Origin: Proteocatella sp.
GTDB taxonomy: Bacteria > Bacillota > Clostridia > Peptostreptococcales > Filifactoraceae
Direction: 5' to 3'
Length of the DNA stretch: 60,292 nt
NCBI GenBank assembly: GCA_049670425.1
Contig: JBATTG010000194.1
Span: 1-60,292 of the forward strand
This document shows positions 40,072 to 50,209 of the stretch, in pieces (the first letter of the stretch is position 1; every line of letters starts with the position of its first letter). The position numbers and the translations under genes are program-made. The notes beneath the pieces were generated by a model. That model saw only the letters and a list, made by a program, of their open reading frames with translations. It ran no database searches and was not told the DNA's origin.

Positions 40072-40314
40072 AATTAATACACTCCCTTTTTATTAATGCT
40101 TCTAATCATGTAAACTAAATTTTCCCCCAAAAAAAATTGATTGATGTCCTACTTATTTTTATAAGTTTACTTTATCAGACTTTTCGCCTTTGGTCAATAC
40201 TTGTTTGTGCCATTTCATTAAATCTGTGAAGTTTTCTTACGGTTTTTGTGTTTTTTTTGTGACTAAGCTGCCTTTTGCTGTTTTTTTTCACTATACTCTG
40301 TTTTAAAGGAAAAA

Positions 40315-40365
40315 GCAAAAAGAACCTGCAATTTGTATGTATCACAAATTATAGATTCTTTTTGT
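40315..40365. terminator. Terminator after rubrerythrin
   Basis: CAAAAAGAA..AATTTGT / ACAAATT..TTCTTTTTG long stem. Confidence 0.7.
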
Positions 40366-40419
40366 AAAGCTGTATGGTCTTTTTTCTTGCTATATTACAA
40401 TGAATTTAAATTTTAGTTT

Positions 40420-40965
40420 TTACCAATTTATTGCCCTTACCTGGAAGTGTGATTGTGAATGGTCGCATACGGGACATATCTGTGGTGCCTGCATGCTTTC
40501 TACAATATAACCGCAGTTTTCACAATGCCACTGCACTTTTTGCTGTTTTTTGAACACTTCGCCATTTTGTATGTTAGAAAGCAAGTTGTTGTATCTTTCA
40601 TCATGTTCTTTTTCTATCTCTGCAACTTTTGAAAATAAAAAAGATATACGCTCAAAGCCCTCTTCCTTGGCTTCTTTTGCAAAATCAGGATACATCTGTG
40701 TCCATTCGTAGTTTTCACCAGCTGCTGCACTTATAAGGTTTTCTACTGTGTCTCCAATTCCTTCAAGCTGCTTGAACCACATTTTTGCATGTTCTTTTTC
40801 ATTATTTGCTGTTTCTTCAAAGAGATTTGCAATCTGAACATAGCCCTGTTTTCTGGCTACACTTGCAAAATAAGTATACTTGTTTCTAGCTTTTGATTCA
40901 CCTGCAAATGCTTCCAATAAATTTTGCTCTGTTTTTGTGCCTTTTAAACTTTTTACTTCTGCCAT
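40420..40965 (-). CDS. rbr: Rubrerythrin
   Basis: [39 protein letters not shown], rubredoxin-like CENC...CPVCDH. Confidence 0.96.
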   Translation of the reverse strand: MAEVKSLKGTKTEQNLLEAFAGESKARNKYTYFASVARKQGYVQIANLFEETANNEKEHAKMWFKQLEGIGDTVENLISAAAGENYEWTQMYPDFAKEAKEEGFERISFLFSKVAEIEKEHDERYNNLLSNIQNGEVFKKQQKVQWHCENCGYIVESMQAPQICPVCDHSQSHFQVRAINW

Positions 40966-41039
40966 CGTCTTGTCTCCTTTTTATTTTTTTATAAAATTAA
41001 AGCAAAAGCCCTGCCTGTTTAAAGGAGCAGGCATCGACT

Positions 41040-41504
41040 TTAAGGTTTCCCTGATATTCCTTCTCTGCATTTTGGACAAACTCCTCTAAAGAGGACCTCA
41101 TAACCTTTTATAATAAATCCTGACTCTTTCGAAAGTTCGTTGTTTATGTCAATTATGTTTGCTAACGGCTGAATTGGATGAGCAATATCATAGCATTTGC
41201 TGCATATGTCACATTTTATATGATTATGTTCTACTGTATTATGATCAAATCTGTCAGCTCCATCCATTACTAATACTTTGAGGAGTCTTTGTTCTTCCAC
41301 CAGGATGTTTAAGTTTCTATATACGGTTCCCTTGCTTATGTTATTGTATATTTCTAGGATGTATCGGTATACTTCTTCTGCCGTAGGGTGATTTTGAAGT
41401 TGGCAGACTGCTTCAAGTACTAGTTTTTTTTGTATTGTGTTTCTTTTTTGTACTTGATTGCCTGTGTTAACCTGCGTACTATTTAATTTTTTATTTACAT
41501 TCAT
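41040..41504 (-). CDS. perR: Fur-family regulator, PerR-like
   Basis: HPTAEEVY, GTVYRNL, RFD...HNHIKCDIC, CPKC; directly upstream of rubrerythrin. The symbol is from context. Confidence 0.8.
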   Translation of the reverse strand: MNVNKKLNSTQVNTGNQVQKRNTIQKKLVLEAVCQLQNHPTAEEVYRYILEIYNNISKGTVYRNLNILVEEQRLLKVLVMDGADRFDHNTVEHNHIKCDICSKCYDIAHPIQPLANIIDINNELSKESGFIIKGYEVLFRGVCPKCREGISGKP

Positions 41505-41523
41505 ATTTTCACCTACTATATTC

Positions 41524-41577
41524 TTACTGAGAACTGTTACTACTTAGTAGTATATTGTTTACTTTTCGCTTTGTCAA
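41524..41577 (-). promoter_or_regulatory. SigA promoter of perR-rbr with a putative Fur/PerR operator
   Basis: TTGACA-N17-TATACT (41577-41549); the imperfect dyad TAAGTAGTAACAGTTCTCAGTAA (41546-41524) covers the predicted start site. Confidence 0.6.
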
Positions 41578-41690
41578 CATATATATTGTTGCTACCCAAA
41601 TGTATTAAAATATTAATCCATTTTTTCCAGTTTTTATGTTAAAATTAATAATATGTACGTTTATATGCAAAGATATACAAGGAGGTTTTT

Positions 41691-42389
41691 ATGAGTACGA
41701 TATTGATTATAGAAGATGAAAAGCCTATTTCAGATATTATAAAATTTAATTTACAAAAAGAGGGATTTGATATACTTACGGCTTATGATGGCAAAGATGG
41801 ACTCGAAATGGCTCTTTCCTCAAATCCAGATCTTATTCTTTTGGATATAATGTTGCCTAGTATGAACGGCTTCGATATTTGCAAAAAACTGCGAGAAACT
41901 TCAAATGTTCCTATAATAATGGCCACTGCCAAAGAGGAAGAAGTTGACAAAATTCTTGGTCTTGAGTTTGGAGCAGACGACTATATAACCAAGCCTTTCA
42001 GCGTGCGCGAGCTTACCGCAAGGGTCAAGGCTAATCTTAGAAGGACTGCCATGCCTATTGGAAATACAGAGTTTAATAATTGCAAAGAAATTATCAAAAG
42101 CGGAGTGCTTGTAATAAATGTCACCAAATATGAGGTAAGCAAGTATGACAAGGCTGTCCCTCTCACAGTAAGAGAATTTGAACTCCTAAAATTTCTTGCT
42201 ACCCAGCAGGAACAGGTTTTTTCCCGTGAACAGCTTCTGGAAAAAGTCTGGGGTTATGAATATTATGGCGACATAAGGACTGTTGATGTTACTGTGAGGA
42301 GACTTCGTGAAAAAATTGAAGACGATTCTGCCAAGCCTACCTTTGTAATGACCAGAAGAGGCGTTGGCTATTATTTCAAGGGAGAATAA
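41691..42389 (+). CDS. walR: OmpR-family response regulator WalR/YycF
   Basis: IEDEKPISDIIKFNL.KEG, LLDIMLP, GADDYITKPFS, EKVWGYEYYGDIRTVDVTVRRLREKIED; yycH/yycI downstream. Confidence 0.92.
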   Translation: MSTILIIEDEKPISDIIKFNLQKEGFDILTAYDGKDGLEMALSSNPDLILLDIMLPSMNGFDICKKLRETSNVPIIMATAKEEEVDKILGLEFGADDYITKPFSVRELTARVKANLRRTAMPIGNTEFNNCKEIIKSGVLVINVTKYEVSKYDKAVPLTVREFELLKFLATQQEQVFSREQLLEKVWGYEYYGDIRTVDVTVRRLREKIEDDSAKPTFVMTRRGVGYYFKGE

Positions 42390-42392
42390 CAG

Positions 42393-44207
42393 GTGTTTAA
42401 AAGTATACGTTGGAAGCTCAGTATTCTATACTTTGTTTTAGTTTTTATTGCCATGGCAATTGTTGGAATATTTATAACTGACAAGCTTGAGAATTACAAT
42501 CTTGATATCGTACGCCAGAACCTTGTTTCGATATCCAACAACACTATAAGGAGCATCATTCCTGACTCCAATTCTGCAAATGCAAGGGAATCAATTCAGG
42601 ACAGCATCGAGAATATAACCCTTCCTTTAGGTTACAACATATTCATTATAGATGCCCTGGATTATTCTATAACCGCTTCATCCAACGACAGTTTTGTCGA
42701 AAAGAACAGTCTTGAAGTTTTAAACAGAAAAGTTATCATGAGCAGCCTTACTCAAAAATCTTATGAGCTGGATGTAGCAGACCCCAGTCTGGGAAACTCC
42801 ATGGTTAAAATCATGGCCTTTTCTTTCATTAATGATGTCAATGGAGGCGGTTATATAATCTATTCCAGTGCCAGCCTCGAGAGTGTCTATGCGACTCTCA
42901 AGGTTGTAACTTCGATATTTTTAAACGCAACGCTTATTGCCCTCATTGTCTCCCTGCTCGTCGGTTTCCTTATTTCAGGGTCGATTACCACCCCTATAAA
43001 TGAACTTAATCACAAAGCAAGCCTTATTGCAAAAGGCGATTTTGCTCAAAGGGTTGTAACCCATTCCAATGATGAGATTGGCATGCTGGGAAATACCTTC
43101 AATTATCTTACTAAGCGTTTGGACAGCACTCTTGTTGAAATTTCCTCGGAAAAGAGCAAGCTGGATGCAATAATAAGCAACATGGCAGATGGGCTCATGG
43201 CTCTGGATGAGCATGGCTTTATCGTCTTGTACAACAAGGCTCTTCTCAAGCTTCTCAAAGTACGCGATATTGAAATTTATGGAAGCAGCATAAATGACAT
43301 GCCCCTTCAAATCGGACTGGACATCTCGCTTGCCGCCATAAAAAAATGTGTGTTTGAAGATGGTGCAAAGCACATTATAGTAAATGTCTCTGAGGATAAG
43401 ATTCTAAGGCTGTCTCCTGCTTATTACAGTGATCATGCAAAGAAGCAAACTGGTTTTATATTAGTATTCCAGGATATAACCGATGCTCAAAGGCTGGATA
43501 ATATGAGAAAGGATTTTGTCGCCAATGTATCCCATGAGCTCAAGACTCCTATCACCACTATCAAAACTTATGCCGAGACGCTTTCAAGTGGAATAGTGTC
43601 CGAACCCGAGATGGTAAGTGAGTTTCTAGCTATTATCGAAAATGAAGCGGACAGGATGACATCCCTCGTAAGGGACCTTCTTCAGCTTTCTCATTTTGAT
43701 TTCAAAAAAGCTAAGTGGAATTTTGAGCACGAATATGTAAATGATATCATCAGTGAGTCTATGAGCCATCTTAAAATATACTACAGCGAAAAGCATCAGA
43801 GCGTAAATTTCAGCTCTGAATTCAACCCAAGAGTTTTTGTGGACAAGGCTAAAATAAAGCAGGTAATTTTAAATATTCTATCTAATGCGATTAAATATAC
43901 TCCGGAATTTGGCACTGTGGATATCTGTGTTAAAATTGTGGATAAACTTGTAGATATCTCCATATCCGATAACGGTCTTGGAATCCCTGAAGATGACATC
44001 GAACATGTATTTGAAAGATTCTACCGGGTTGATAAGGGTCGTTCCAGACAGCAGGGTGGAACAGGTCTTGGGCTGTCTATTGCCAAAGATATAATCATAG
44101 CGCATGGAGGCAGCATATCTGCTTCTTCGACTTTTAATCATGGCAGCACCTTCACGATAAAATTGCCTGTGGATAAATCATCCCCAGATATTGCCTCAGA
44201 TGTGTAA
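42393..44207 (+). CDS. walK: Sensor histidine kinase WalK/YycG (2 TM, HAMP, PAS, HisKA, HATPase)
   Basis: RKDFVANVSHELKTP, NILSNAIKYT, DNGLGIP, FERFYRVDKGRSRQQGGTGLGL. Confidence 0.92.
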   Translation: MFKSIRWKLSILYFVLVFIAMAIVGIFITDKLENYNLDIVRQNLVSISNNTIRSIIPDSNSANARESIQDSIENITLPLGYNIFIIDALDYSITASSNDSFVEKNSLEVLNRKVIMSSLTQKSYELDVADPSLGNSMVKIMAFSFINDVNGGGYIIYSSASLESVYATLKVVTSIFLNATLIALIVSLLVGFLISGSITTPINELNHKASLIAKGDFAQRVVTHSNDEIGMLGNTFNYLTKRLDSTLVEISSEKSKLDAIISNMADGLMALDEHGFIVLYNKALLKLLKVRDIEIYGSSINDMPLQIGLDISLAAIKKCVFEDGAKHIIVNVSEDKILRLSPAYYSDHAKKQTGFILVFQDITDAQRLDNMRKDFVANVSHELKTPITTIKTYAETLSSGIVSEPEMVSEFLAIIENEADRMTSLVRDLLQLSHFDFKKAKWNFEHEYVNDIISESMSHLKIYYSEKHQSVNFSSEFNPRVFVDKAKIKQVILNILSNAIKYTPEFGTVDICVKIVDKLVDISISDNGLGIPEDDIEHVFERFYRVDKGRSRQQGGTGLGLSIAKDIIIAHGGSISASSTFNHGSTFTIKLPVDKSSPDIASDV

Positions 44208-44224
44208 ATCATTCTTAATGTCAA

Positions 44225-44257
44225 TGTAATTGATTTGTAACATTAACCTTGTATAAT
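44225..44257 (+). promoter_or_regulatory. WalR box and -10 element inside the wal locus
   Basis: TGTAAT-TGATT-TGTAAC (44225-44241) matches TGTWAH-N5-TGTWAH; TATAAT at 44252-44257; SD GAAAGGAGG downstream. Confidence 0.75.
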
Positions 44258-44304
44258 CATATTATGATGTAATATTTATTAATGGAGAAAGGAGGTTTCG
44301 TCAA

Positions 44305-44841
44305 ATGAAAAAAATTATTAGAATTTTAGTTTTGACAATGTTTATTTCCGTCGCTTTTGGTGCAATGTGTTTTGCAGCACCCGGAAACAGTGTTTCTGTG
44401 GAAAGTGTGCAAAAGCTTTCGGAATCATTCAGTTCAGAAAATGGCATTATCAACAAGCCAAAGGACTTTGTTCTTGCTACCATCGATGATAACGTTATGA
44501 TATCTGGTGTGGGCAAAGAAGGTGACAGGGTTTCGATTTATCTTTATACCAGATCGGATGAAGAGTATGTTCTTATGGAAGATTCTTTGGATTTTTCAGT
44601 AGGACTTACTGGCTTTTTTGCTAAAGAAATTTCTTTGAAGTATCAGACTTCAGGTCTTCCAAAAGAATCCAAACTTTCCAAGGATACCTTGATTGTACTT
44701 CAGCTTAAACGTGGTGAAGCTGTCAACAAAGATTATCGTATTATAAAAACTACGGATGAAAAAGATCTTGAGGAATCTCTAAGTACCTTAAGAAGTACGG
44801 GTTTCAGCACTTACTCGGCAGCTTCCGTTACGAAACCTTAA
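44305..44841 (+). CDS. Exported hypothetical protein
   Basis: Strong SD; signal peptide MKKIIRILVLTMFISVAFGAMCFAA; no family recognised. Confidence 0.8.
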   Translation: MKKIIRILVLTMFISVAFGAMCFAAPGNSVSVESVQKLSESFSSENGIINKPKDFVLATIDDNVMISGVGKEGDRVSIYLYTRSDEEYVLMEDSLDFSVGLTGFFAKEISLKYQTSGLPKESKLSKDTLIVLQLKRGEAVNKDYRIIKTTDEKDLEESLSTLRSTGFSTYSAASVTKP

Positions 44842-44862
44842 TTATTATTAAAGGATAGGGAT

Positions 44863-46200
44863 ATGAATAAAAATCAGCTACGAAATATGGCTATTGCCAT
44901 GTTATTTGTATCGTCAATTGTCCTTTTGTCTATCAGGTTTGAGTTATTCGTCTCCCCTTCTAACAGCACCGACAATGCATTTGATGCCGTCGGTGTAGAG
45001 GGCATTTTAAAATCTTCGATTAGGCCATCTTCAATTATTGTAAGATATGGCACTAATAATGTAACCAAATTAGTTGATAAAGAGGGATTTTATTATCAGG
45101 AGGCTCGTAGCGTGCTCCAGGATTCTTTGAAGAATATCACTGAGATTACAGAAATCAAATATGGTGAATATCATGATCTCAAGGATTCAAAGAGCATTCA
45201 GCTGGATTTTGAACCTACTATTGATCAAAGACTCCTTTACGGGAGTCTTTTTTTAGAAGATGGAAGCTTTGGCGATTTTGCAAAAATAAGAGAAATATTT
45301 ATTCCACTCGTGAATGATACCTCTATATACTTTAAGACTTCAGACGAAAAATTTTATAGATTGAAAAACAAAACAATAAATTACATGCCTTATGTCGATA
45401 ATTTAAGTGCCATAAAGTATTCAAAATACTATTCCCTTGGGGAATTGTTCGATTCCACCAGCGAGGTGCTTATTTCCGACAGCGGGGTATCGATGTCTTC
45501 CTATAGTACGGTTTCAGCATTTAACGATTCCAATCTCAGCGAAGTCATAAGATCTGTTTTTTCCACAAGGTATGATTTTGCAAATAAGATATCCGAGCTT
45601 GATGGTACTTCTATAATCAGCTACGATTATGGCCGGGAATTGTTGAAAATCGCTCCTGACGGCAGAGTGTCTTATTCTAATTCCGACGCCCTCAGCAACC
45701 CAGTAAAAACTTCTATGACCAGCAGCCTGGTCATAGCCTACAGTTTTATAGAAAAATTTAATTTAAATAATGACACCTATGTAGTTGAAGATGTAAGAGA
45801 TTTTATCAAAGATGATGCAAAAGGCTTTACTTTTGTTTTTGCTCCCCGAATTGATGGTTTGAGAGCCTGTCTTGACCCGGTTATATCAAACACCGAAATT
45901 TCTGTGGTCAATGGAAAGATTTATTCATTCAATAGCATCTTCCGATTTTTTGACGCTGCACAATCTGGTGGCTCAGATACCGGTGAGGCGCCGCTTAGCG
46001 CCCTGGATGCACTGAATAATAATTTTAATCGCATAAAGGCCAGAGTTGATTTTGCCGACAGCATAGATTTGTTTAATAAGATATCTCTGATTGATCTGGT
46101 TTATGTTTATGATAAAGAGCTCAACTATATCCCCGCTTATAAAATGATTATCGACCAGCAAATTTTCTTTTTTGGCATTAAAAATGGGGAGGTGTTTTAA
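44863..46200 (+). CDS. yycH: YycH/WalH-like regulatory protein
   Basis: Single N-terminal TM followed by IRPSSIIV, size, C-terminal YIPAY, and position between walK and yycI. Confidence 0.65.
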   Translation: MNKNQLRNMAIAMLFVSSIVLLSIRFELFVSPSNSTDNAFDAVGVEGILKSSIRPSSIIVRYGTNNVTKLVDKEGFYYQEARSVLQDSLKNITEITEIKYGEYHDLKDSKSIQLDFEPTIDQRLLYGSLFLEDGSFGDFAKIREIFIPLVNDTSIYFKTSDEKFYRLKNKTINYMPYVDNLSAIKYSKYYSLGELFDSTSEVLISDSGVSMSSYSTVSAFNDSNLSEVIRSVFSTRYDFANKISELDGTSIISYDYGRELLKIAPDGRVSYSNSDALSNPVKTSMTSSLVIAYSFIEKFNLNNDTYVVEDVRDFIKDDAKGFTFVFAPRIDGLRACLDPVISNTEISVVNGKIYSFNSIFRFFDAAQSGGSDTGEAPLSALDALNNNFNRIKARVDFADSIDLFNKISLIDLVYVYDKELNYIPAYKMIIDQQIFFFGIKNGEVF

Positions 46201-46201
46201 A

Positions 46202-46981
46202 GTGGATTGGGACAAGGCTAAAAAATACCTTATTATCTCTCTTGTGGTCCTGAATATTGCTTTGATTTTGAGTATAGTAAGCCACAACAATGTCGTTTCT
46301 ATTGATAATATATATTTTTCAAAAAAATCGCTTGCAGATTTGCAGACGGTTCTCGACCGAAAGAATATCAAGATAACCACGGAAATCCCCAAGGACATAT
46401 ATAATTTAGGCACTATAAATGTTGAGTACGATACCATCAATGACTCCAATTACCCGATACTTTTTGACGCCTACGAAAATCAGATTACCGTAAATGTTCT
46501 AAAAAAACTTGTACTTAAGGAGCCTGGCCTTGTTATTGACAATTCGGCCGATGCCGAAAATTTCGCATTCAGATTTATATCCAAATATTTGAATGGTTTG
46601 GAGTACAGTCTTCGAAATTTCACTTCAGAAGACGGAGTTATAACCCTTTACTTTAATCCCGTATATGATGGCTATATTTTTGAGGAAAGTTTTTTGAGAT
46701 TTGAATTCTCGCAAGACGGTATGAAGATTGTCATGATTGCAATGAAGCCTCTTGACGTATCTGCTACCAAGAGGGAAGCCATAACCAGCGTCGAGGCCAT
46801 TCTAAAGGCGTTCCCATCTATGGACAGGAACACTATAATAAGCAAGATTGATTTTATATATTATTTTGGAACCAATTTTGCAGAAGATTTATATAAAGTC
46901 AAAAATGCAAGGGCTTTTCCCTGCTGGAGACTCATGACTTCTGAAAATAAATTCTACTATGTACCCGCACTTGAAAACTAG
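46202..46981 (+). CDS. yycI: YycI/WalI regulatory protein
   Basis: N-terminal MDWDKAKKYLIISLVVLNIAL signature (GTG start after SD GGGAGG); C-terminal FPCWR...YYVPA. Confidence 0.82.
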   Translation: MDWDKAKKYLIISLVVLNIALILSIVSHNNVVSIDNIYFSKKSLADLQTVLDRKNIKITTEIPKDIYNLGTINVEYDTINDSNYPILFDAYENQITVNVLKKLVLKEPGLVIDNSADAENFAFRFISKYLNGLEYSLRNFTSEDGVITLYFNPVYDGYIFEESFLRFEFSQDGMKIVMIAMKPLDVSATKREAITSVEAILKAFPSMDRNTIISKIDFIYYFGTNFAEDLYKVKNARAFPCWRLMTSENKFYYVPALEN

Positions 46982-47014
46982 TGCCTTAAACCGCTAAACT
47001 GGAATGTTTTTATA

Positions 47015-47062
47015 AAAGACTCAACGCTAAGGATGTGTTTTCCTTCTCCGCGCTGAGTCTTT
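47015..47062. terminator. Bidirectional terminator between yycI and bioA
   Basis: AAAGACTCA.CGC..AGGA / TCCT..GCG.TGAGTCTTT stem between convergent genes. Confidence 0.65.
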
Positions 47063-47067
47063 ATTTG

Positions 47068-48423
47068 TTACTCTCCCAAAATTGCTACAAGGCTTTCGAG
47101 GCATATGGCCACCACTTTATCCATATCTTCCTTTTGTATTATAAGTGGCGGATTGAAGTAAAGCACATCGCCAAGAGGCCTTAGAATGAGTCCTTTTTCA
47201 AGGGCTTTTTTGTATATCTGGTAACCTGTCCTGTCCTTGGAATCAAGAGGCTCCTTGGTATTTCTGTCTTTTACAAGCTCTATGGCATTTACAAGACCTA
47301 TGCTCCTTATATCTCCTACATTTTTGTGGCCTGAAAGCCGCTGTTTTATAAGCTTTGTAAAGTATACGGCATTTTCATTGGCCTTTTCTATTATGTCCTC
47401 GTCTTTCAGGATTTTCAGAACTTCTATGGCCGCTGAACATGCCAGCGGATTCCCACTATAGGTATGGCTGTGCATGAAGGCCTTGCCTTCGCTGTAATCC
47501 CCATAAAAAGCGTCATATATCTTGTCCGTCGTCACCGCCAGGGCCATAGGCATATAGCCTCCTGTAAGCCCCTTTGAAAGACATATTATATCCGGGGATA
47601 TTTCTGCATGGTCGCAGGCAAACATCTTTCCTGTTCTTCCATAGCCTGTAGCTATTTCATCGGCAATGAGATGGACTCCGTAATCATCACAGAGTTTTCG
47701 AAGCTTCTTCAGATATATCGGTGGATATATCTTCATGCCTGCCGCTCCCTGGAAAAGCGGTTCAACCAGCATGGCTGTCGTCTCATTCCCATGCTCTGCA
47801 AATACCTTTTCTGCAGCTTCAAAGCAGGGGGCACAGCAGCTGCTTCTTTGCTTGCCATACTTGCATCTGTAGCAATCTGGAGATTCTATACGATTTATTT
47901 CAAGAAGTATGGGCTTGTACATGCTCGAATACAGGTCTACGCCACCAACTGAAAGTGCTCCCAGTGTCTCACCATGGTATGCTTCTGTAAGCGCCATGAA
48001 CTTGGTCTTTTGAGGACTTCCGCTCTGGTAGTGATACTGAAAACTCATTTTCATAGCAGCCTCTATGGCCGATGATCCGTTGTCCGTGAAGAAAAACTTT
48101 CCCAATCCCTTTGGCAGTACCTTTGCAAGTTCTTCGCAAAGTGTTATCGCCGGCCGGTGGGTGAAGTTTGCAAATATCACGTGTTCAAGGCAGTCGAGCT
48201 GTTTTTTGACAGCATTGTTTATTCGCTCGTTGCTGTGACCCAGAAGGTTGCACCACCATGAACTTACGGTATCTGCATACGCCTTGCCGTTTTCATCATA
48301 AAGATAAAGCCCCTTGCCTCTTTCTATTATTATCGGAGGCAATTCCTCATAGTCTTTCATCTGGGAACAGGGATGCCATATGTATTTCCTGTCTTTTTCC
48401 AAAAGTTCCTGCTGCATTTTCAT
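47068..48423 (-). CDS. bioA: Adenosylmethionine-8-amino-7-oxononanoate transaminase
   Basis: IWHPCSQM, SSWWCNLLGH, YHGETLGALSV, IADEIATGYGRTG, SKGLTGGYMP, HSHTYSGNPLAC. Confidence 0.96.
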   Translation of the reverse strand: MKMQQELLEKDRKYIWHPCSQMKDYEELPPIIIERGKGLYLYDENGKAYADTVSSWWCNLLGHSNERINNAVKKQLDCLEHVIFANFTHRPAITLCEELAKVLPKGLGKFFFTDNGSSAIEAAMKMSFQYHYQSGSPQKTKFMALTEAYHGETLGALSVGGVDLYSSMYKPILLEINRIESPDCYRCKYGKQRSSCCAPCFEAAEKVFAEHGNETTAMLVEPLFQGAAGMKIYPPIYLKKLRKLCDDYGVHLIADEIATGYGRTGKMFACDHAEISPDIICLSKGLTGGYMPMALAVTTDKIYDAFYGDYSEGKAFMHSHTYSGNPLACSAAIEVLKILKDEDIIEKANENAVYFTKLIKQRLSGHKNVGDIRSIGLVNAIELVKDRNTKEPLDSKDRTGYQIYKKALEKGLILRPLGDVLYFNPPLIIQKEDMDKVVAICLESLVAILGE

Positions 48424-48509
48424 ATATACCTCTTTTCTACTTGATGTTTTAAAAATTTGCCACATACTCACAAATGCCTGCCAGGTATTTAACCTGACAG
48501 GCATTTGGG

Positions 48510-49190
48510 TCAGCTGAAAATACTCTTAAGCTCTTCAATAGATATATCAAGCTCCTTATCGCCTTTGGCCACCGTAGTTGTTATCTTCATTCCAACCAGC
48601 TTTTCTATCTGATTTTTGTTGTCTATGTGCATTGGGTTCTCACGTTCATACCCGTTGAGGATTATTCCTCTGATTACTATACCCATCTGGTTTGCATAGC
48701 TCACTGTAAGCAAGGTAGCGTTTATCGTTCCGAGGCCCGCTGAGGCTACTATCAGTATTTCAAGCCCGAGAGCCTTTATAAGGTCGGTAAGCATGAGCTT
48801 CCCTTCATCCAGCCTCAGGGGGCATATAAGCCCGCCGCTGCCTTCTGTCAGGATGTAGTCATTTTTTATTTTTAATGAACTGTAATCGCTGAGCATCTTG
48901 GAAAGTTCTATGGGATTGCCTTCTATTTGTGATGCAAGATGAGGCGACACTGGAGTTTTGTAGATATAGCTTACACAGCTGTTTGGGTCTCCCTGGATTC
49001 CTGCGGTCTCAAGAACCTCCTTTGCGTCTCCTGCGACAAGTTTTCCATCTATTTCCAGCGCTCCGCTGAGAGCACCTTTATAGTAAGTTGCCTTGCATCC
49101 GTTTTCGATGAGTTTTTTGAGTATGAGCCCTGAAATGTAGGTTTTTCCTACATCGGTCCCTGTAGCTGTTACAAATATCCCTTTTGCCAT
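48510..49190 (-). CDS. bioD: Dethiobiotin synthase
   Basis: IFVTATGTDVGKT, SPHLA, TEGSGG, LGTINATLLT. Confidence 0.96.
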   Translation of the reverse strand: MAKGIFVTATGTDVGKTYISGLILKKLIENGCKATYYKGALSGALEIDGKLVAGDAKEVLETAGIQGDPNSCVSYIYKTPVSPHLASQIEGNPIELSKMLSDYSSLKIKNDYILTEGSGGLICPLRLDEGKLMLTDLIKALGLEILIVASAGLGTINATLLTVSYANQMGIVIRGIILNGYERENPMHIDNKNQIEKLVGMKITTTVAKGDKELDISIEELKSIFS

Positions 49191-49216
49191 ATGATTCACC
49201 CCTTTTAAATAAATTT

Positions 49217-50209
49217 TTACAGTTTTTTTATTTTATATCCTGAGGCAGTTATTATCTCAAGATCATTGTCTATACTTATGCCTGCGGTCGTAAGCATGTC
49301 GCCTGTTATGGCGGCATTTGCGCCTCCCTGGAAGGCATTTCTCCCTTTATCTTCAAGCAGGCCTCTTCCTCCTGCCAGCCTTATTGCCGCATCTGGCATC
49401 AGAAATCTGTATACTGCTATAGTTTTTAGAATTTCGTCTTCGCTCAGCGCCACATTTGCTTCAAAAGGGGTCCCCTTAACGGGATTCAGCACGTTTACCG
49501 GTATGGATCTTATCCCCATGCTTCTTATGTCCAGCGACATGTCGATTCGGTCCTCTATGGTTTCGCCAAGCCCCATTATTCCTCCGCTGCATATTTCAAG
49601 ACCCGCTCTTTGGGCGTCTTTTATCGCCTGGAGCTTGTCATCATAGGTATGGGTGGTGCATATTTGAGGAAAAAACCTTCGGCTGGTCTCCAGATTGTTG
49701 TGATATCTTTGTACGCCCGCTTCTTTTAGCTTTATAAAATCATCGTACTCCAGCAGCCCGTGAGAAGCGCAGAGCGATATCTGGCAGTTATCCCTGAGGT
49801 TTTCATAGGAGCTGCACACATCTGAGAGTTCATTTTCAGTCAGCCTTTTTCCTGAAGTTACCAGAGAATACCGAAGCACGCCCTTGGAGCTGTTGTAGCG
49901 GCCTTCTTCTAATATTTCCTGATTTTGAAGCACTGCATATTCCTGTGAACCTGTCCTGAAATGAGAAGACTGGCTGCAGAATTTGCAGTTTTCAGAGCAC
50001 TGACCGCTTTTGGCGTTTATTATCGAGCACAGGTCAAAGTCATTTCCGCAGAAATATCTTCTTATTTCATCGGCCGCCTCTGCCAGTTCTTTGAGGGGCT
50101 GCTTGAAAAGTTCAAGTGCATCCGCCCTGGTTATCGTTTCACCCTCAAGCACCTTGTTTTTAAGTTCCGTGACTAAGCTTATGGATTTCCCACTGTTTTT
50201 TTGCTCCAT
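49217..50209 (-). CDS. bioB: Biotin synthase
   Basis: Radical SAM motif CSENCKFCSQS, YHNNLETS, CSGGIMGLGET, IRLAGGR; start overlaps the bioY stop (TAATG). Confidence 0.96.
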   Translation of the reverse strand: MEQKNSGKSISLVTELKNKVLEGETITRADALELFKQPLKELAEAADEIRRYFCGNDFDLCSIINAKSGQCSENCKFCSQSSHFRTGSQEYAVLQNQEILEEGRYNSSKGVLRYSLVTSGKRLTENELSDVCSSYENLRDNCQISLCASHGLLEYDDFIKLKEAGVQRYHNNLETSRRFFPQICTTHTYDDKLQAIKDAQRAGLEICSGGIMGLGETIEDRIDMSLDIRSMGIRSIPVNVLNPVKGTPFEANVALSEDEILKTIAVYRFLMPDAAIRLAGGRGLLEDKGRNAFQGGANAAITGDMLTTAGISIDNDLEIITASGYKIKKL

